From Bacteroidota bacterium (GTDB taxonomy: Bacteria > Bacteroidota > Ignavibacteria > Kapaibacteriales > DASPKH01): a DNA stretch of 64,000 nt. The stretch spans positions 4,620-68,619 of the forward strand of contig JAZKFS010000020.1 of the NCBI GenBank assembly GCA_040386315.1. The letters run 5' to 3'. The notes beneath the pieces were generated by a model. That model searched no databases. It was not told the origin of the DNA and saw only the letters and a list, made by a program, of their open reading frames with translations. This document shows positions 22,901 through 30,843 of this stretch, one piece after another. A program made the translations under genes and the position numbers. The stretch's first letter is position 1; every line of letters begins with the position of its first letter.

Positions 22901-23775
22901 GCTGTTGTTCCACCAGCTTGGTAATAATCTCTTCTATCTACTGTAGTATCTTTGCGGAAATCTTGAAAATTTACGTCACGGAAAAATGCAGCCCGTGCAC
23001 CCGGAAGAACAACGATATGTCCATACTCACGCGAGAAAGCGTTTACACGGCGACCTTTAAAGGTAATCGTTGATGGAGTAATATTTACACTACTACCATT
23101 TGCACGGAGGAATGATTGAATATTAATGTTTGGGTCAGTATTTGCAAACCGTAAGCGAGCTGCTGTATAAAGCAACGCTGCTTCAGGAGTTGCAAGAAAC
23201 TGCGGAGAATTCGTTGTTGCAGTCGGGTCACTTAAGTTTATTAAGTTACGATTACGCGAATTCGCTGTACCACCGGTTTGACCAGGAGCAAGCGTAGTAT
23301 CCAGGACAACGTTATAAACAAAATTATTTTTGCCTGAATTTGCAGTATTACGATTTCCTGCTACAGTTACCTCATTCGGTGTTGAAATTGTAAACACACC
23401 CGGAGATAAAAAGAAACCAGGATCAGCAAAACCATAAGGGCGCTGGATGCCCGGAGTTACCGGGTCTAGATCAACGTTAATAAAATTAACATTGTTGTAT
23501 GTTACCGACATACGCCCGTCAGCGATAATACGCCCGCCGGTCGAGTCAATCATACGGCCGTTATCGGTAAACTCTACAGTTGTACCCGGCTCAATAATTA
23601 AAGTACCGCCAATAGTATATGTACCATTGACGCGATAGAGAGTATCTCTCAAAAATACTCGGACTTCGCCGGGACTGACACGCCCATTGACTTCCGCAAT
23701 TGGCGGCGCAGCAAACACTTCAGAAGCTGAAAGTGCAAGCACCATCCATAAAGCTAAACGAAACAAACGTTGCAT
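16915..23775 (-). CDS. giant T9SS cargo protein (~2290 aa): Pmp-like GGAI beta-helix repeats + cadherin/Ig-like region + ELPPIPPIDVYDTRW motif + T9SS CTD
   Basis: About 11 GGA[IL][YFT] repeats (GGAIYVDATA, HGGAIYAQKN, SGGAITLNID, LGGAIYILDE...). Start set at the Met preceded by GGAGG (MQRLFRLALWMVLALSASEVFA); the ORF track extends to 23847. C-terminal ...KVTFEIFDALGSKV...GMYVARLSSG CTD. Confidence 0.8.
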   Translation of the reverse strand: MQRLFRLALWMVLALSASEVFAAPPIAEVNGRVSPGEVRVFLRDTLYRVNGTYTIGGTLIIEPGTTVEFTDNGRMIDSTGGRIIADGRMSVTYNNVNFINVDLDPVTPGIQRPYGFADPGFFLSPGVFTISTPNEVTVAGNRNTANSGKNNFVYNVVLDTTLAPGQTGGTANSRNRNLINLSDPTATTNSPQFLATPEAALLYTAARLRFANTDPNINIQSFLRANGSSVNITPSTITFKGRRVNAFSREYGHIVVLPGARAAFFRDVNFQDFRKDTTVDRRDYYQAGGTTAARAAVNDDLRSRSNGGGGALTSFSSRTWLVNCNFTNNFARNRGGALQLLEAPVGTGLFPTVSTAALPNYPGTANGAVTENSTGAAVVQAIPAIDNLATATAEPFTDVQRQGVDDARLAVLLGRVRQLNFDANRVINANVRQIFVPGVGTILTDDVNNAATFNGTAARNQAFGGAMVIAGASAANGGSAIEVALGVNNDVNGISTGSNDYINFSGNIANNLQNNAGTLGARGGALYVGEQTSVTIAGRFNANQAIVPFISDNPTAGTNSLSYSMGGAIYVDATAGRLQVRGGQTLDSRYPSHYLSNRASRGGAIFVGNSATLSEVRPSPIIGGSDALILTRNYGYNVVFDRNVATFHGGAIYAQKNMTVYGAGGVSGNLVIGYSRPFRVEFTRNTAGYSGGAITLNIDPALPLARRYVQIVRAILDSNVVGLGRFVDTSDATLQASSRALVRGGGAIYTLNATLNVLKGVEFVMNTANFSNGGAVAMVSPGDDSRRYMLTDLDQLTTLPSGEATTFTSSNEVFTNAASAITPPDARMLTRFIDNEAVVNLAQLGTGTTQLGDVVRTHPGVGLPENGTGLGGAIYILDEASTNNIGRTDSIIFNRVRIQNNTAFTGAAVYSDNYDLKLVFQRSLITNNTALSDTGREQNAITGPYIRTTSAFRENPASSDLAGAILYGEIIGPLPYASSSIAANSMYDNTARFLIRLPDAPNTKGTSSTGLIGSGGVDTLRGNYWGQTEAPVTTILPESGTLQETFFVAGDGTTHLRYIRNSSNPKEQGPFESSQRFNYTPIPVGNIAFDNQNTPAANSIPEKLLMQGRIYDLFDKGTDIKTADYSRRRMSPIEDFAVGIPKSIRRFTNTAGSPSFNRYVRRLGRDPFVAEVDANINALQSEFKGDQPIGYPLFLETRANYSGTAELSNQDHPNAPTVNETVFFVINETTGDFVRANLRQVTTSSEIFRGRIEMLPDSANRTGNTTFRRSAEGLANLGSGRELLAQLAQNGANEDAAALVGRRYEAGSNVLGAPNEFGVQFSNRPRLPISNDDNSQIDQNRVNRINFWAGERYRALPVANGDLVRVVSRTVLWNEGVNAAYDDALVFNVGVSTPPPVFTGNINNLRNLLPVELRNMIFVSEDRTYPRDVNDLERAPGRDSIFTISGVDSNIFYDPRSVLTPNDFTQLTYTYSVEPGSGLSYWLTDTTINASQGTAFGARGYRVLGGRPTNPFVVPGGEMVTVGIRNFPPNINTLDSLRAAGLADSVIARYINIFPPYFHAEAYDVTNARYLQQDTINVGANSIATYQFRVFVTDTNPIFTQNVYKCGTDEMLVANLTDKLRFQIDLQTDDEAEDAAAAARGWDFRYGKTAYGFQSIALRRNPTDSVTDEVTLVRPTWMSNQYFRQYGDFNALDPFGADFTSAGQLSIRIDSAQAYNLLTPVRQFEGALNTDTTVTFVVNDGHGRINTLTRRVMVNVAPRIENATFPDAIEDQDYNIALLDSLRRVRVTDPNFGQDQRFKLLYANDTSTFIPRDECFADEAGSFDVRNSKTAPNWLKIDPVSGILFGTPRVTDLPFNDTTVTFTVVVKDEGGLTDVRTFTIRVIAVNHPPILTAIPTVQCIEIGKSYTGTIVLRDIDLTRKGTNGNETVTITTESGFTVTPSVISGPQTTDSVTLTITATNFQDTLDAQGKATLYITATDKAGARRTISYKINVSQPTDFIVPMTISNSKGAFQVIEWGTAVNATTGESANAVGKLDSNYCEYELPPIPPIDVYDTRWTIPSSNGALRDIFPRAVAGVIGEAYYKGRFQAGDVVGNTSPNYPVTIKWNKNNVPAKTDAVRNPAGSSWWLLDGSSQGNIFAINMRTGASRSAQDINVDTSAADGTITVTIFRDAISNFVIRYDFASGVEDEQPVAGFNSESFQNIPNPFSGSTKMQFTLPVEGKVTFEIFDALGSKVADFSGFYPAGTANVIEWNAKDGNGIALPSGMYVARLSSGSVNMTRQMMIIR

Positions 23776-23885
23776 AGAACCTCCGTTTGGTAAAAAAGAA
23801 TTAACCACATTATTACTATTATTTATAATTTTTAAATCTGTTTTCATTATTTTCTTAACTGATGTACAGGTATGTATTGGATAGT

Positions 23886-24674
23886 TTATTCAATTACCGT
23901 GCCAAGTCTTCCGAGAGCGCTTTTTGCTAAGCCGGAAAACTCAGTATATTCATTCTGACCGACAACTTCACGATACAGTTTTTCTGCTTTCTGCTTATCA
24001 TTTGCTTTTTCATAAGCCAGAGCAGCAAAGTATTTATATCGTTCTTCAAGTCCTATTTCTGCTCCGGCAGATGCTGCTTTTTCATATAGTTCCGCAGCAT
24101 TTTTAAAATCTCCCTTCTCTTCCTTAGCAGCGGCAAGGCCGGCCTGTGCACCCGCCTGTACTAATGGAGAATCCGAATCATCAGCATCTTCAAAATATTT
24201 CACTGCCTGATCGGCTTTGCGTTGCGCCAGCATTGCATTGCCTGCATAAAGGGCCGCTACATTTCCGGTTTCCGTCCCATCATAATCACGAACAATCCTC
24301 TCCAAACCATATACGCTTTGACCACGAACTTTGCGTGAAGGATCGCCTTTTAAAGCTTTTTCATAATCTCCTGCATCATAATATTCACGAATGCGAGAGA
24401 GCGCCAAGGCTCCTTCATTCGTTTTTGCTTCGTTCTGTGAACGGAAAAACAGCCAGGCAGCAGCGGCTATCAGTACAACTGCCGTAATGCCTCCAATCAG
24501 TTTGAGGTTTTCCTGAAGTTTCGTCCGTACATTTTGAAGCTGTGTATCTTCAGCTGTAGTCTCTTCAGCATCGTATACCGCTACATTTCCTTTTGGATTT
24601 GTATCCATTATCCTTCTCGCTTTCTGGTGATTTTGGAATATTAAAAGATTTTTTAAACACTCTTGGGATAACAA
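23886..24674 (-). CDS. TPR-repeat membrane-anchored protein (YfgM/YbgF-like)
   Basis: single TM helix (LIGGITAVVLIAAAAWLFF) followed by TPR-like helices; start uncertain (alternative Met at MDTNPKG). Confidence 0.6.
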   Translation of the reverse strand: MLSQECLKNLLIFQNHQKARRIMDTNPKGNVAVYDAEETTAEDTQLQNVRTKLQENLKLIGGITAVVLIAAAAWLFFRSQNEAKTNEGALALSRIREYYDAGDYEKALKGDPSRKVRGQSVYGLERIVRDYDGTETGNVAALYAGNAMLAQRKADQAVKYFEDADDSDSPLVQAGAQAGLAAAKEEKGDFKNAAELYEKAASAGAEIGLEERYKYFAALAYEKANDKQKAEKLYREVVGQNEYTEFSGLAKSALGRLGTVIE

Positions 24675-24677
24675 TAG

Positions 24678-24751
24678 TGCGCCCGAAGGGGATCGAACCC
24701 CCAGCCTTTGGAATCGGAATCCAACGCTCTATCCAATTGAGCTACGGGCGC
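24678..24751 (-). tRNA. tRNA-Arg (anticodon CCG)
   Basis: The reverse complement folds as a cloverleaf. Acceptor GCGCCCG/CGGGCGC, D-arm GCTC-AATTGGATA-GAGC, anticodon arm TTGGA-TTCCGAT-TCCAA (U33, CCG, A37), T-arm GGGGG-TTCGATC-CCCTT. CCA is not encoded. Confidence 0.85.
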
Positions 24752-24903
24752 CTCTACATTATTATTTTTAAAAGACTGCTGCTAATCTTTTAAAAGCAAG
24801 TTGCAAATATAGCAGTCCCAAGCTCAAAAACAAATGAATTTTTTTTTAAAGTTTTTTTAAAAAGCAAATTTTGTGGAAAACTTTTCTACTTTCCCTTTTA
24901 AAA

Positions 24904-24960
24904 AGTGTCAGGTTTTTTTCATAGTGTCAGGTTTATTACACACTTTTTATTCTGACACTT
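24904..24960. promoter_or_regulatory. three copies of AGTGTCAG(GTTT): two direct, 19 bp apart, plus one inverted, in the tRNA-Arg upstream region
   Basis: AGTGTCAGGTTT at 24904 and 24923; inverted CTGACACTT at 24952. Likely transcription-factor operator or promoter element. Confidence 0.4.
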
Positions 24961-24993
24961 TACACTTTTTAAAAAATCTTTTAAAAACTTGTT

Positions 24994-27198
24994 TTAAAAC
25001 TTCACGGTTTTTAAAACAGCAGCTTTAATATCTTCAGAATTTAAAAGAGTGGCAGTTTCCAAAACTTTTGAAAAACCAACCGGAGTAAATTTAGAACCAA
25101 CACGAGCAACAGGAGCATCCAGATAGCGGAAAAGCTCTTCGCCAATAGCAGCCGCAACCTCACCACCAAATCCACCCATCACTTTATCTTCATGCGCGAC
25201 AATTGCACGGCCTGTTTTCTTCACGGATTCAAAAACTCTTTCCTTGTCCCATGGAGAAAGCGAACGTAAGTCAATGACCTCTAACGAAATACCGTCCTTT
25301 TCGAGTTCCCCCGCAGCTTTTAAAGCGATATGAACGGCGTTTCCGTAGGAAATGACCGTTGCAGCTGTTCCTTCACGGCGAACTTTTGCTTTTCCAAATG
25401 GAATTATAAAATCTTCGCCCGGAATGGAAGCGGACGTTCCGCGGAAATTATACAAGAATTTCGGCTCTAAAAACATCGTCGTTCCGCGTGAACGAATCGA
25501 ATTGCGCATAAGCCCGATAGCGTCATCCGCAAACGCCGGACACACCACGCGAATTCCCGGCAGCGTCGTAAATGTTCCTTCCAAATTCTGGGAGTGGTAC
25601 AAACCGCCTTGGATATAACCACCGCTCGCCAGGCGAATAACGATATTCGGCGAAAACTGCCCTTTCGTGCGCCAGTAATCATGCGAGCACTCAATCAACT
25701 GCTCCATTGCCGGCCAGAAATAATCCGCGAATTCCGCGCCTTCTACCACAACGCGAATATCGTCTCTATACCGCGAGAAACCATTTGCTGTTCCAACGAT
25801 ATAATCTTCAGCTATCGGCGCGTTGAAAACACGCTCATTGCCGAATTCATCGAGCAAACCTTTGCAAACGTTAAAAATACCCTGCTTTTTCTTCGACGCT
25901 ACGTCCTGTCCCCAAAGGAAAGTATTTTCATTGCGGCGGAATTCCTCGATGAGCGTCTGATTAATTGCTTCGCGAAGCATCAGTTGCGGCTCTTCCGGCT
26001 TGCTGGTATATTTTGCTTCGGAATTATCGTCGTAATTCACGATCGGGTCAGGAAGCAAAAACTGCGAATACGATTCCGGGGCAGGGTCAGCCGCAGCTTC
26101 ACCACGGTCAGCCGCAGCGTAAATCGCTTTCACGTTTTCGTCTTCCAGCTCTTTAATTTGCTCGTCTGTTAGGATTCCTTTTTCAATCAGCAGCGCGCGC
26201 ATACGAGTAAGCGGGTCACGGGCGCGAACTTCCTCAATTTCTTCTTTCGTGCGATAAAGCTCCTGATTGTCAGAATTCGAATGCGAGCCGATACGGTCGC
26301 AATCTGCGTGGACCATCGCCGGGCCTTCGCCGGAAAGCACATAATTACGAGCTTCCTGCATCGCGCGGAATGAATCGAACGGGTCACGTCCGTCACAGTT
26401 GATAATTTTTAAATATTTAAAACCAACGAAATTGTCTGAAATATTCGTATTCGCCGACTGCTCGTGAACCGGAACGGAAATCCCAAATTTATTATTCTGA
26501 ATCACGAAAATCACCGGAAGGCGTTCGCGCGAAGCTCCATTCACGGCTTCATAGAAATATCCTTCAGAGCAAGCCGACTCACCGCCGGAATAAATTGAAA
26601 TCTCGTCGCCTTTATATTTTTTAATCGCGCGCGCTACACCGGCTGCGTGCTGCGAGTGATTTCCCGTGCAGCTCGAACCGTTCTGAATACGGATAGACGG
26701 TTTTGCAAAGTGATTGCTCATGTGACGTCCGCCGCCGGCAACATCTCCGTCCTTGCTCAAACCGTTTAAAATTAGTTCATCAACCGTGATTCCCGCCGCC
26801 AAACACGTCATCATGTCGCGGTAATACGGGAAAAGAAAATCTTTTCCCTGGCGGAAAGTCAAACCGGTTGCCAACTGAATCCCGTCATGTCCCGCGAACG
26901 GCGCATGATACGACCAGCCCTTCGCCACTTTTAAATACATCGCAGCTTTTTCATCCAGGCGACGTCCAAGATGCATCATTTTGTACCACTCGATTATCGT
27001 CGCGTTATCAAAACCCGTCGTATCGAATGTGCTGAAATGATTCACCGGCTGCTTTGCTTCAGCAGGTTTTGCAGTTGATTTCCCGTTTTTAGCGGGCGCA
27101 GTTTTATTATTAGAGCCATTCACAGCGGGCTTTTGAGTACCATTTGCTTTTGGCTTTGTTTCTTTAATTGGAGCTTTTGCTTGAGATTTCGTTGCCAT
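24994..27198 (-). CDS. 2-oxoacid (branched-chain / 2-oxoisovalerate-type) dehydrogenase E1 component, fused alpha+beta subunits, with Lys/Ala-rich N-terminal tail
   Basis: TPP-binding E1-alpha region (YRDMMTCLAAG..., GGRHMSNHF) followed by a transketolase-like E1-beta region (VFNAPIAEDYIVGTANG...); 734 aa. Confidence 0.8.
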   Translation of the reverse strand: MATKSQAKAPIKETKPKANGTQKPAVNGSNNKTAPAKNGKSTAKPAEAKQPVNHFSTFDTTGFDNATIIEWYKMMHLGRRLDEKAAMYLKVAKGWSYHAPFAGHDGIQLATGLTFRQGKDFLFPYYRDMMTCLAAGITVDELILNGLSKDGDVAGGGRHMSNHFAKPSIRIQNGSSCTGNHSQHAAGVARAIKKYKGDEISIYSGGESACSEGYFYEAVNGASRERLPVIFVIQNNKFGISVPVHEQSANTNISDNFVGFKYLKIINCDGRDPFDSFRAMQEARNYVLSGEGPAMVHADCDRIGSHSNSDNQELYRTKEEIEEVRARDPLTRMRALLIEKGILTDEQIKELEDENVKAIYAAADRGEAAADPAPESYSQFLLPDPIVNYDDNSEAKYTSKPEEPQLMLREAINQTLIEEFRRNENTFLWGQDVASKKKQGIFNVCKGLLDEFGNERVFNAPIAEDYIVGTANGFSRYRDDIRVVVEGAEFADYFWPAMEQLIECSHDYWRTKGQFSPNIVIRLASGGYIQGGLYHSQNLEGTFTTLPGIRVVCPAFADDAIGLMRNSIRSRGTTMFLEPKFLYNFRGTSASIPGEDFIIPFGKAKVRREGTAATVISYGNAVHIALKAAGELEKDGISLEVIDLRSLSPWDKERVFESVKKTGRAIVAHEDKVMGGFGGEVAAAIGEELFRYLDAPVARVGSKFTPVGFSKVLETATLLNSEDIKAAVLKTVKF

Positions 27199-27296
27199 AG
27201 TTTCCTCTGGAAGGAAATTCCTATATTTTTTAAAACCTTGTTTTTAAAAACTTTTTACTATTTGAGATACCGACTTTTTAAAAGATTCTTTTAAAA

Positions 27297-28262
27297 TCAA
27301 TTATGCTCTACCGCAGCTTTTTTATCCGAACTGAATTTTTCAAAATCCACATACGTCAGCCAGCCGTGGTCATCTTTTCCGTCACATACGATTGAGAAGA
27401 ATTTGTCCTGAATTTTATGCGTAATTTCACCCACTGTTCCATCACCGATTTTAATTCCATCTACCGAACGAACCGGAGTAATTTCAGCCGCTGTTCCCGT
27501 AAAGAAAATCTCGTCTGCTGTATACAGCGATGCACGTGGAACAGAACCTTCAATCACTTCGTAGCCCATTTCTTTCGCCAGCGTAATAATGGAAGCACGT
27601 GTAACGCCCGGCAAAATTGAAGCTCCAAGTGACGGGGTAATGATTTTTCCATCAGCAACAAAAAAGATATTCTGACCGCTGCCTTCGCTTACGCAACCAT
27701 TTCCGTCAAGCGTGATTCCTTCTGAATATCCGTGACGATGCGCCTCGATTTTTACAAGCTGCGAATTCAGGTAATTTCCGCCCGCTTTTGAAATTGTCGG
27801 CATCGTGTTTGGTGAAATCCTATTCCAGCTCGAAACGCCAACATCTACGCCTTCGCGAATTGCATCTTTGCCGAGATATTTGCCCCAATTCCACGTTGCG
27901 ATAATCAGCTCAACCGGGCAATTTAAAGGAAAAACACCAAGTTCTTCATAGCCGCGATATGCAAGCGGGCGAATGTAGCATTCCTCAATATGATTTTTCC
28001 CGACAATATCAAGCGTCGCCTGGCAAATCTCATCAACAGAATATGGAAGGTCAGCGTAGTAAATCCGCGCCGAATGATACAGCCGCTCGATATGCTCGCG
28101 CAGGCGGAAAATCGCCGTTCCCTTCGGAGTTTTGTACGCGCGGATGCCTTCAAACCAGCTCGAACCGTAGTGCATTACGTGCGAAAGTACATGTATTTTC
28201 GCATCGTCCCAGCGCACAAATTCGCCGTTCATCCATATATAATCTGTCTTTGGCAGAGGCAT
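27297..28262 (-). CDS. ilvE: branched-chain amino acid aminotransferase
   Basis: class IV aminotransferase fold, MNGEFVRWDDAKIHVLSHVMHYGSSWFEGIRAY... Confidence 0.85.
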   Translation of the reverse strand: MPLPKTDYIWMNGEFVRWDDAKIHVLSHVMHYGSSWFEGIRAYKTPKGTAIFRLREHIERLYHSARIYYADLPYSVDEICQATLDIVGKNHIEECYIRPLAYRGYEELGVFPLNCPVELIIATWNWGKYLGKDAIREGVDVGVSSWNRISPNTMPTISKAGGNYLNSQLVKIEAHRHGYSEGITLDGNGCVSEGSGQNIFFVADGKIITPSLGASILPGVTRASIITLAKEMGYEVIEGSVPRASLYTADEIFFTGTAAEITPVRSVDGIKIGDGTVGEITHKIQDKFFSIVCDGKDDHGWLTYVDFEKFSSDKKAAVEHN

Positions 28263-28419
28263 AGTGTTCCTCGTTTTTTAAAAAGAATACGGTGAAAAAT
28301 CGCAGCTCTTTTTAAAAGCTTTCATAAAATTTTTACTTTTAAAAACTTTACAAAAGCTTTTGAAAACTGCTTTCCTGTTTTTTAAAACCCCCTTTCAACC
28401 CAACTGCTATGCGCTCTTT

Positions 28420-29868
28420 TTATGCTTGCTCTAAATGCTTTTTCAATGTTTCTGTCACAAGGCGCGGATTGCCCTTGCCCTGCGTGGCTTTTAAAACTGT
28501 TCCGACCATAAACCCGAAAAGATTCGTGCGACCGGCTTTATATTCTGCCACTTTATCCTGATTTTCTTTTAAAAAGTTGATGACCAGCTCATCAATCATT
28601 CCCGTATCGGAAACCTGCGCCAATCCGCGCTTTTCAACGATTTCCTTCGGCGATTCACCTTTTAAAACATCAGGGAAAATTTCCTTCGCGATTTTACTGC
28701 TAATCACATCCGCCGCGAAAAGGTCAACCAATTCCGCCAGCAATCTCGGCTGAACTCCGGTTTCCTGCGCTTCGATTTTTTTATCGCTCATAATGCGCAT
28801 CACGTCCGTCATCACCCAGTTGCTTACGAGTTTAAAACGGTCTTTCGATTTTTCAGCAAGGAATTCGCAGCACTCTTCAAAATACGCCGCGAGAGATTTT
28901 TCCTCAACCAAAACCGCCGCATCATACTCCGGCAAACCATACTGGTTTTTAAAACGGTCACGTTTTGCGCCCGGCAGCTCCGGCAGCTCATGCTTCACGC
29001 GATGAATCCACGCCTCGCTCACATTCACCGGCACTAAATCCGGCTCCGGGAAATATCTGTAATCGTGCGCTTTTTCCTTCGTACGCATTTCACGGGTTTG
29101 CTGCTTGCCCGCGTCCCACTGAAGCGTAATCTGGCGAACTTCACCACCCGATTTCGTCAGCTCGATTTGCCGCTGAATTTCATATTCCAGCGCTTTTTCC
29201 ACGTTGCGAAAACTATTCAAATTCTTCACTTCGGTGCGAGTGTACAGCTTATTATCGCCCTTCGGACGAACCGACACGTTCGCATCACAGCGCAGCGAAC
29301 CTTCTTCCATATTCCCGTCGCAAATCCCAAGATACATCACGGTCTGGCGGATATGCGCGAGATATTTATACGCTTCCTGTGGCGTGCGGATATCCGGCTC
29401 GGACACAATCTCAATCAGCGGCACACCCGAACGGTTCAAGTCCACAAGCGTGTCAATATCAAGGTCGTGAATGGATTTACCCGCGTCTTCCTCCATGTGA
29501 ATCCGCGTAATCCCAATTTTCTTTTTTGCGCCATCGTGCTCGATTTCCACATGACCATCATAGCAAATCGGGTCTTCATACTGCGAAATCTGGTAGCCCT
29601 TCGGCAAATCCGGATAGAAATAATTTTTGCGCGAAAAAGTCGAAACCGGGCGAATATTGCAATTCGTCGCCAAGCCCATTCTTAATGTGTACTCGACAAC
29701 ATTATTATTCAAAACCGGCAAACATCCCGGATGCCCGAGGCACACCGGACACGTATTCGTATTCGGCGAAGCGCCATACACCGTCGAGCAACGGCAAAAC
29801 GCCTTCGTCGCTGTCAGCAACTGAACGTGAACCTCAAGGCCTATGACCGCTTCAAAATCTGCGTGCAT
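28420..29868 (-). CDS. gatB: Asp-tRNA(Asn)/Glu-tRNA(Gln) amidotransferase subunit B
   Basis: N-terminal FEAVIGLEVHVQL...CRCS...CPVCLGHPG hallmark of GatB; 482 aa. Confidence 0.9.
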   Translation of the reverse strand: MHADFEAVIGLEVHVQLLTATKAFCRCSTVYGASPNTNTCPVCLGHPGCLPVLNNNVVEYTLRMGLATNCNIRPVSTFSRKNYFYPDLPKGYQISQYEDPICYDGHVEIEHDGAKKKIGITRIHMEEDAGKSIHDLDIDTLVDLNRSGVPLIEIVSEPDIRTPQEAYKYLAHIRQTVMYLGICDGNMEEGSLRCDANVSVRPKGDNKLYTRTEVKNLNSFRNVEKALEYEIQRQIELTKSGGEVRQITLQWDAGKQQTREMRTKEKAHDYRYFPEPDLVPVNVSEAWIHRVKHELPELPGAKRDRFKNQYGLPEYDAAVLVEEKSLAAYFEECCEFLAEKSKDRFKLVSNWVMTDVMRIMSDKKIEAQETGVQPRLLAELVDLFAADVISSKIAKEIFPDVLKGESPKEIVEKRGLAQVSDTGMIDELVINFLKENQDKVAEYKAGRTNLFGFMVGTVLKATQGKGNPRLVTETLKKHLEQA

Positions 29869-30167
29869 CTATTGAAAATCTTTAAAATTTTATCGTAAAT
29901 CTTTGTCAATTCTCTTTTTAAAAACTCCGCATAATCTTTTAAAGACCGCGCCTTCACAAGACTTAGTAGCTTTTACAGGCATTACGCGAAAGTCTGCAAA
30001 GATACGAAAAACATTCTAAACTTTATGTTTCACGCCGCGAGGATTTTTAAAAAGTGTAGTTTTAAAAACCTTTTAAAAAGAAATTCATAACAATTTGGTA
30101 ACATTGCCGCAGAATCATTGTTTTAAAAGCAAATCATCGCACTTTTTAAAAGAGTTTTTAAAAGAAC
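29869..30167. promoter_or_regulatory. divergent promoter region carrying 7 TTTTAAAA octamers in ~300 bp
   Basis: Octamers near 29916, 30042, 30058, 30069, 30118, 30142, 30154. Separates divergent gatB (-) and phosphoesterase (+). Confidence 0.5.
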
Positions 30168-30839
30168 ATGCCCGAACCACGGCGCTTCGTCATCTCCGAC
30201 ATTCACGGCTGCGCAAAAACATTCCGTGCGCTTTTACAAAAGATTCATCTGCATAAAACCGACACGCTCTACCTGCTCGGCGACTACGTCAATCGCGGCC
30301 CCGACAGCAAAGGCGTTTTAGACTACGTTTTTAAACTTTTAAAAGCCGGCTACGATGTGCGCGCCTCGATTGGAAATCACGATGAATTGTTAATCCGCGC
30401 GTATGAATTTCCTGAAGTAATTGATTTTTTTAAAAAGGGAAAAGCAGGAAAGCGAACGCTGAAGAGTTTTGATGTGAAAAGCGCAGACCAGATTCCGGCG
30501 AAATATTACGAATTTTTGAAAACCCTGCCGCTGTATTTTCTCCTCGATGACTTCGTGCTCGTCCACGCCGGCCTGAACTTTTCAAAAGACGACCCATTCG
30601 AAGACATCGGCGCAATGATGTGGACGAAAAACCACCGCGTTGTCCGCAAGCGGATAGGCGGCCGGCGCATCATCTCCGGACACTCCCCCAAGAAAAAAGA
30701 CGCCATCGCCAAAAGTCTTTTAAAAGACAAAATCTTCATTGACAACGGCTGCGTAAAAACAAAAGTCGGCGGGATGGGGAGTCTGTGTGCGCTGGAGCTG
30801 AATGCGATGAAATTGTATTTTCAGGATAATGAGGAGTAG
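30168..30839 (+). CDS. PPP-family metallophosphoesterase (ApaH/PrpE-like Ser/Thr phosphatase)
   Basis: ISDIHGC...LLGDYVNRGPDS...GNHDE motifs. Confidence 0.8.
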   Translation: MPEPRRFVISDIHGCAKTFRALLQKIHLHKTDTLYLLGDYVNRGPDSKGVLDYVFKLLKAGYDVRASIGNHDELLIRAYEFPEVIDFFKKGKAGKRTLKSFDVKSADQIPAKYYEFLKTLPLYFLLDDFVLVHAGLNFSKDDPFEDIGAMMWTKNHRVVRKRIGGRRIISGHSPKKKDAIAKSLLKDKIFIDNGCVKTKVGGMGSLCALELNAMKLYFQDNEE

Positions 30840-30843
30840 ATTT

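Noticed and set aside
23848-23885. Upstream extension of the giant gene to 23847 (MKTDLKIINNSNNVVNSFLPNGGS...) as given in the ORF track
   Set aside because: An in-frame ATG at 23775 is preceded by GGAGG at the right spacing and is followed immediately by a canonical signal peptide. The longer N-terminus is probably not translated.
24896-24965. AGTGTCAG...CTGACACT could be the intrinsic terminator of the E1 gene (minus strand)
   Set aside because: The stem is AT-rich with a 21-nt loop and is not followed by a clean U-run on the minus strand. The direct-repeat copy spacing (19 bp) suits a protein-binding site better. Retained as a regulatory element, not a terminator.
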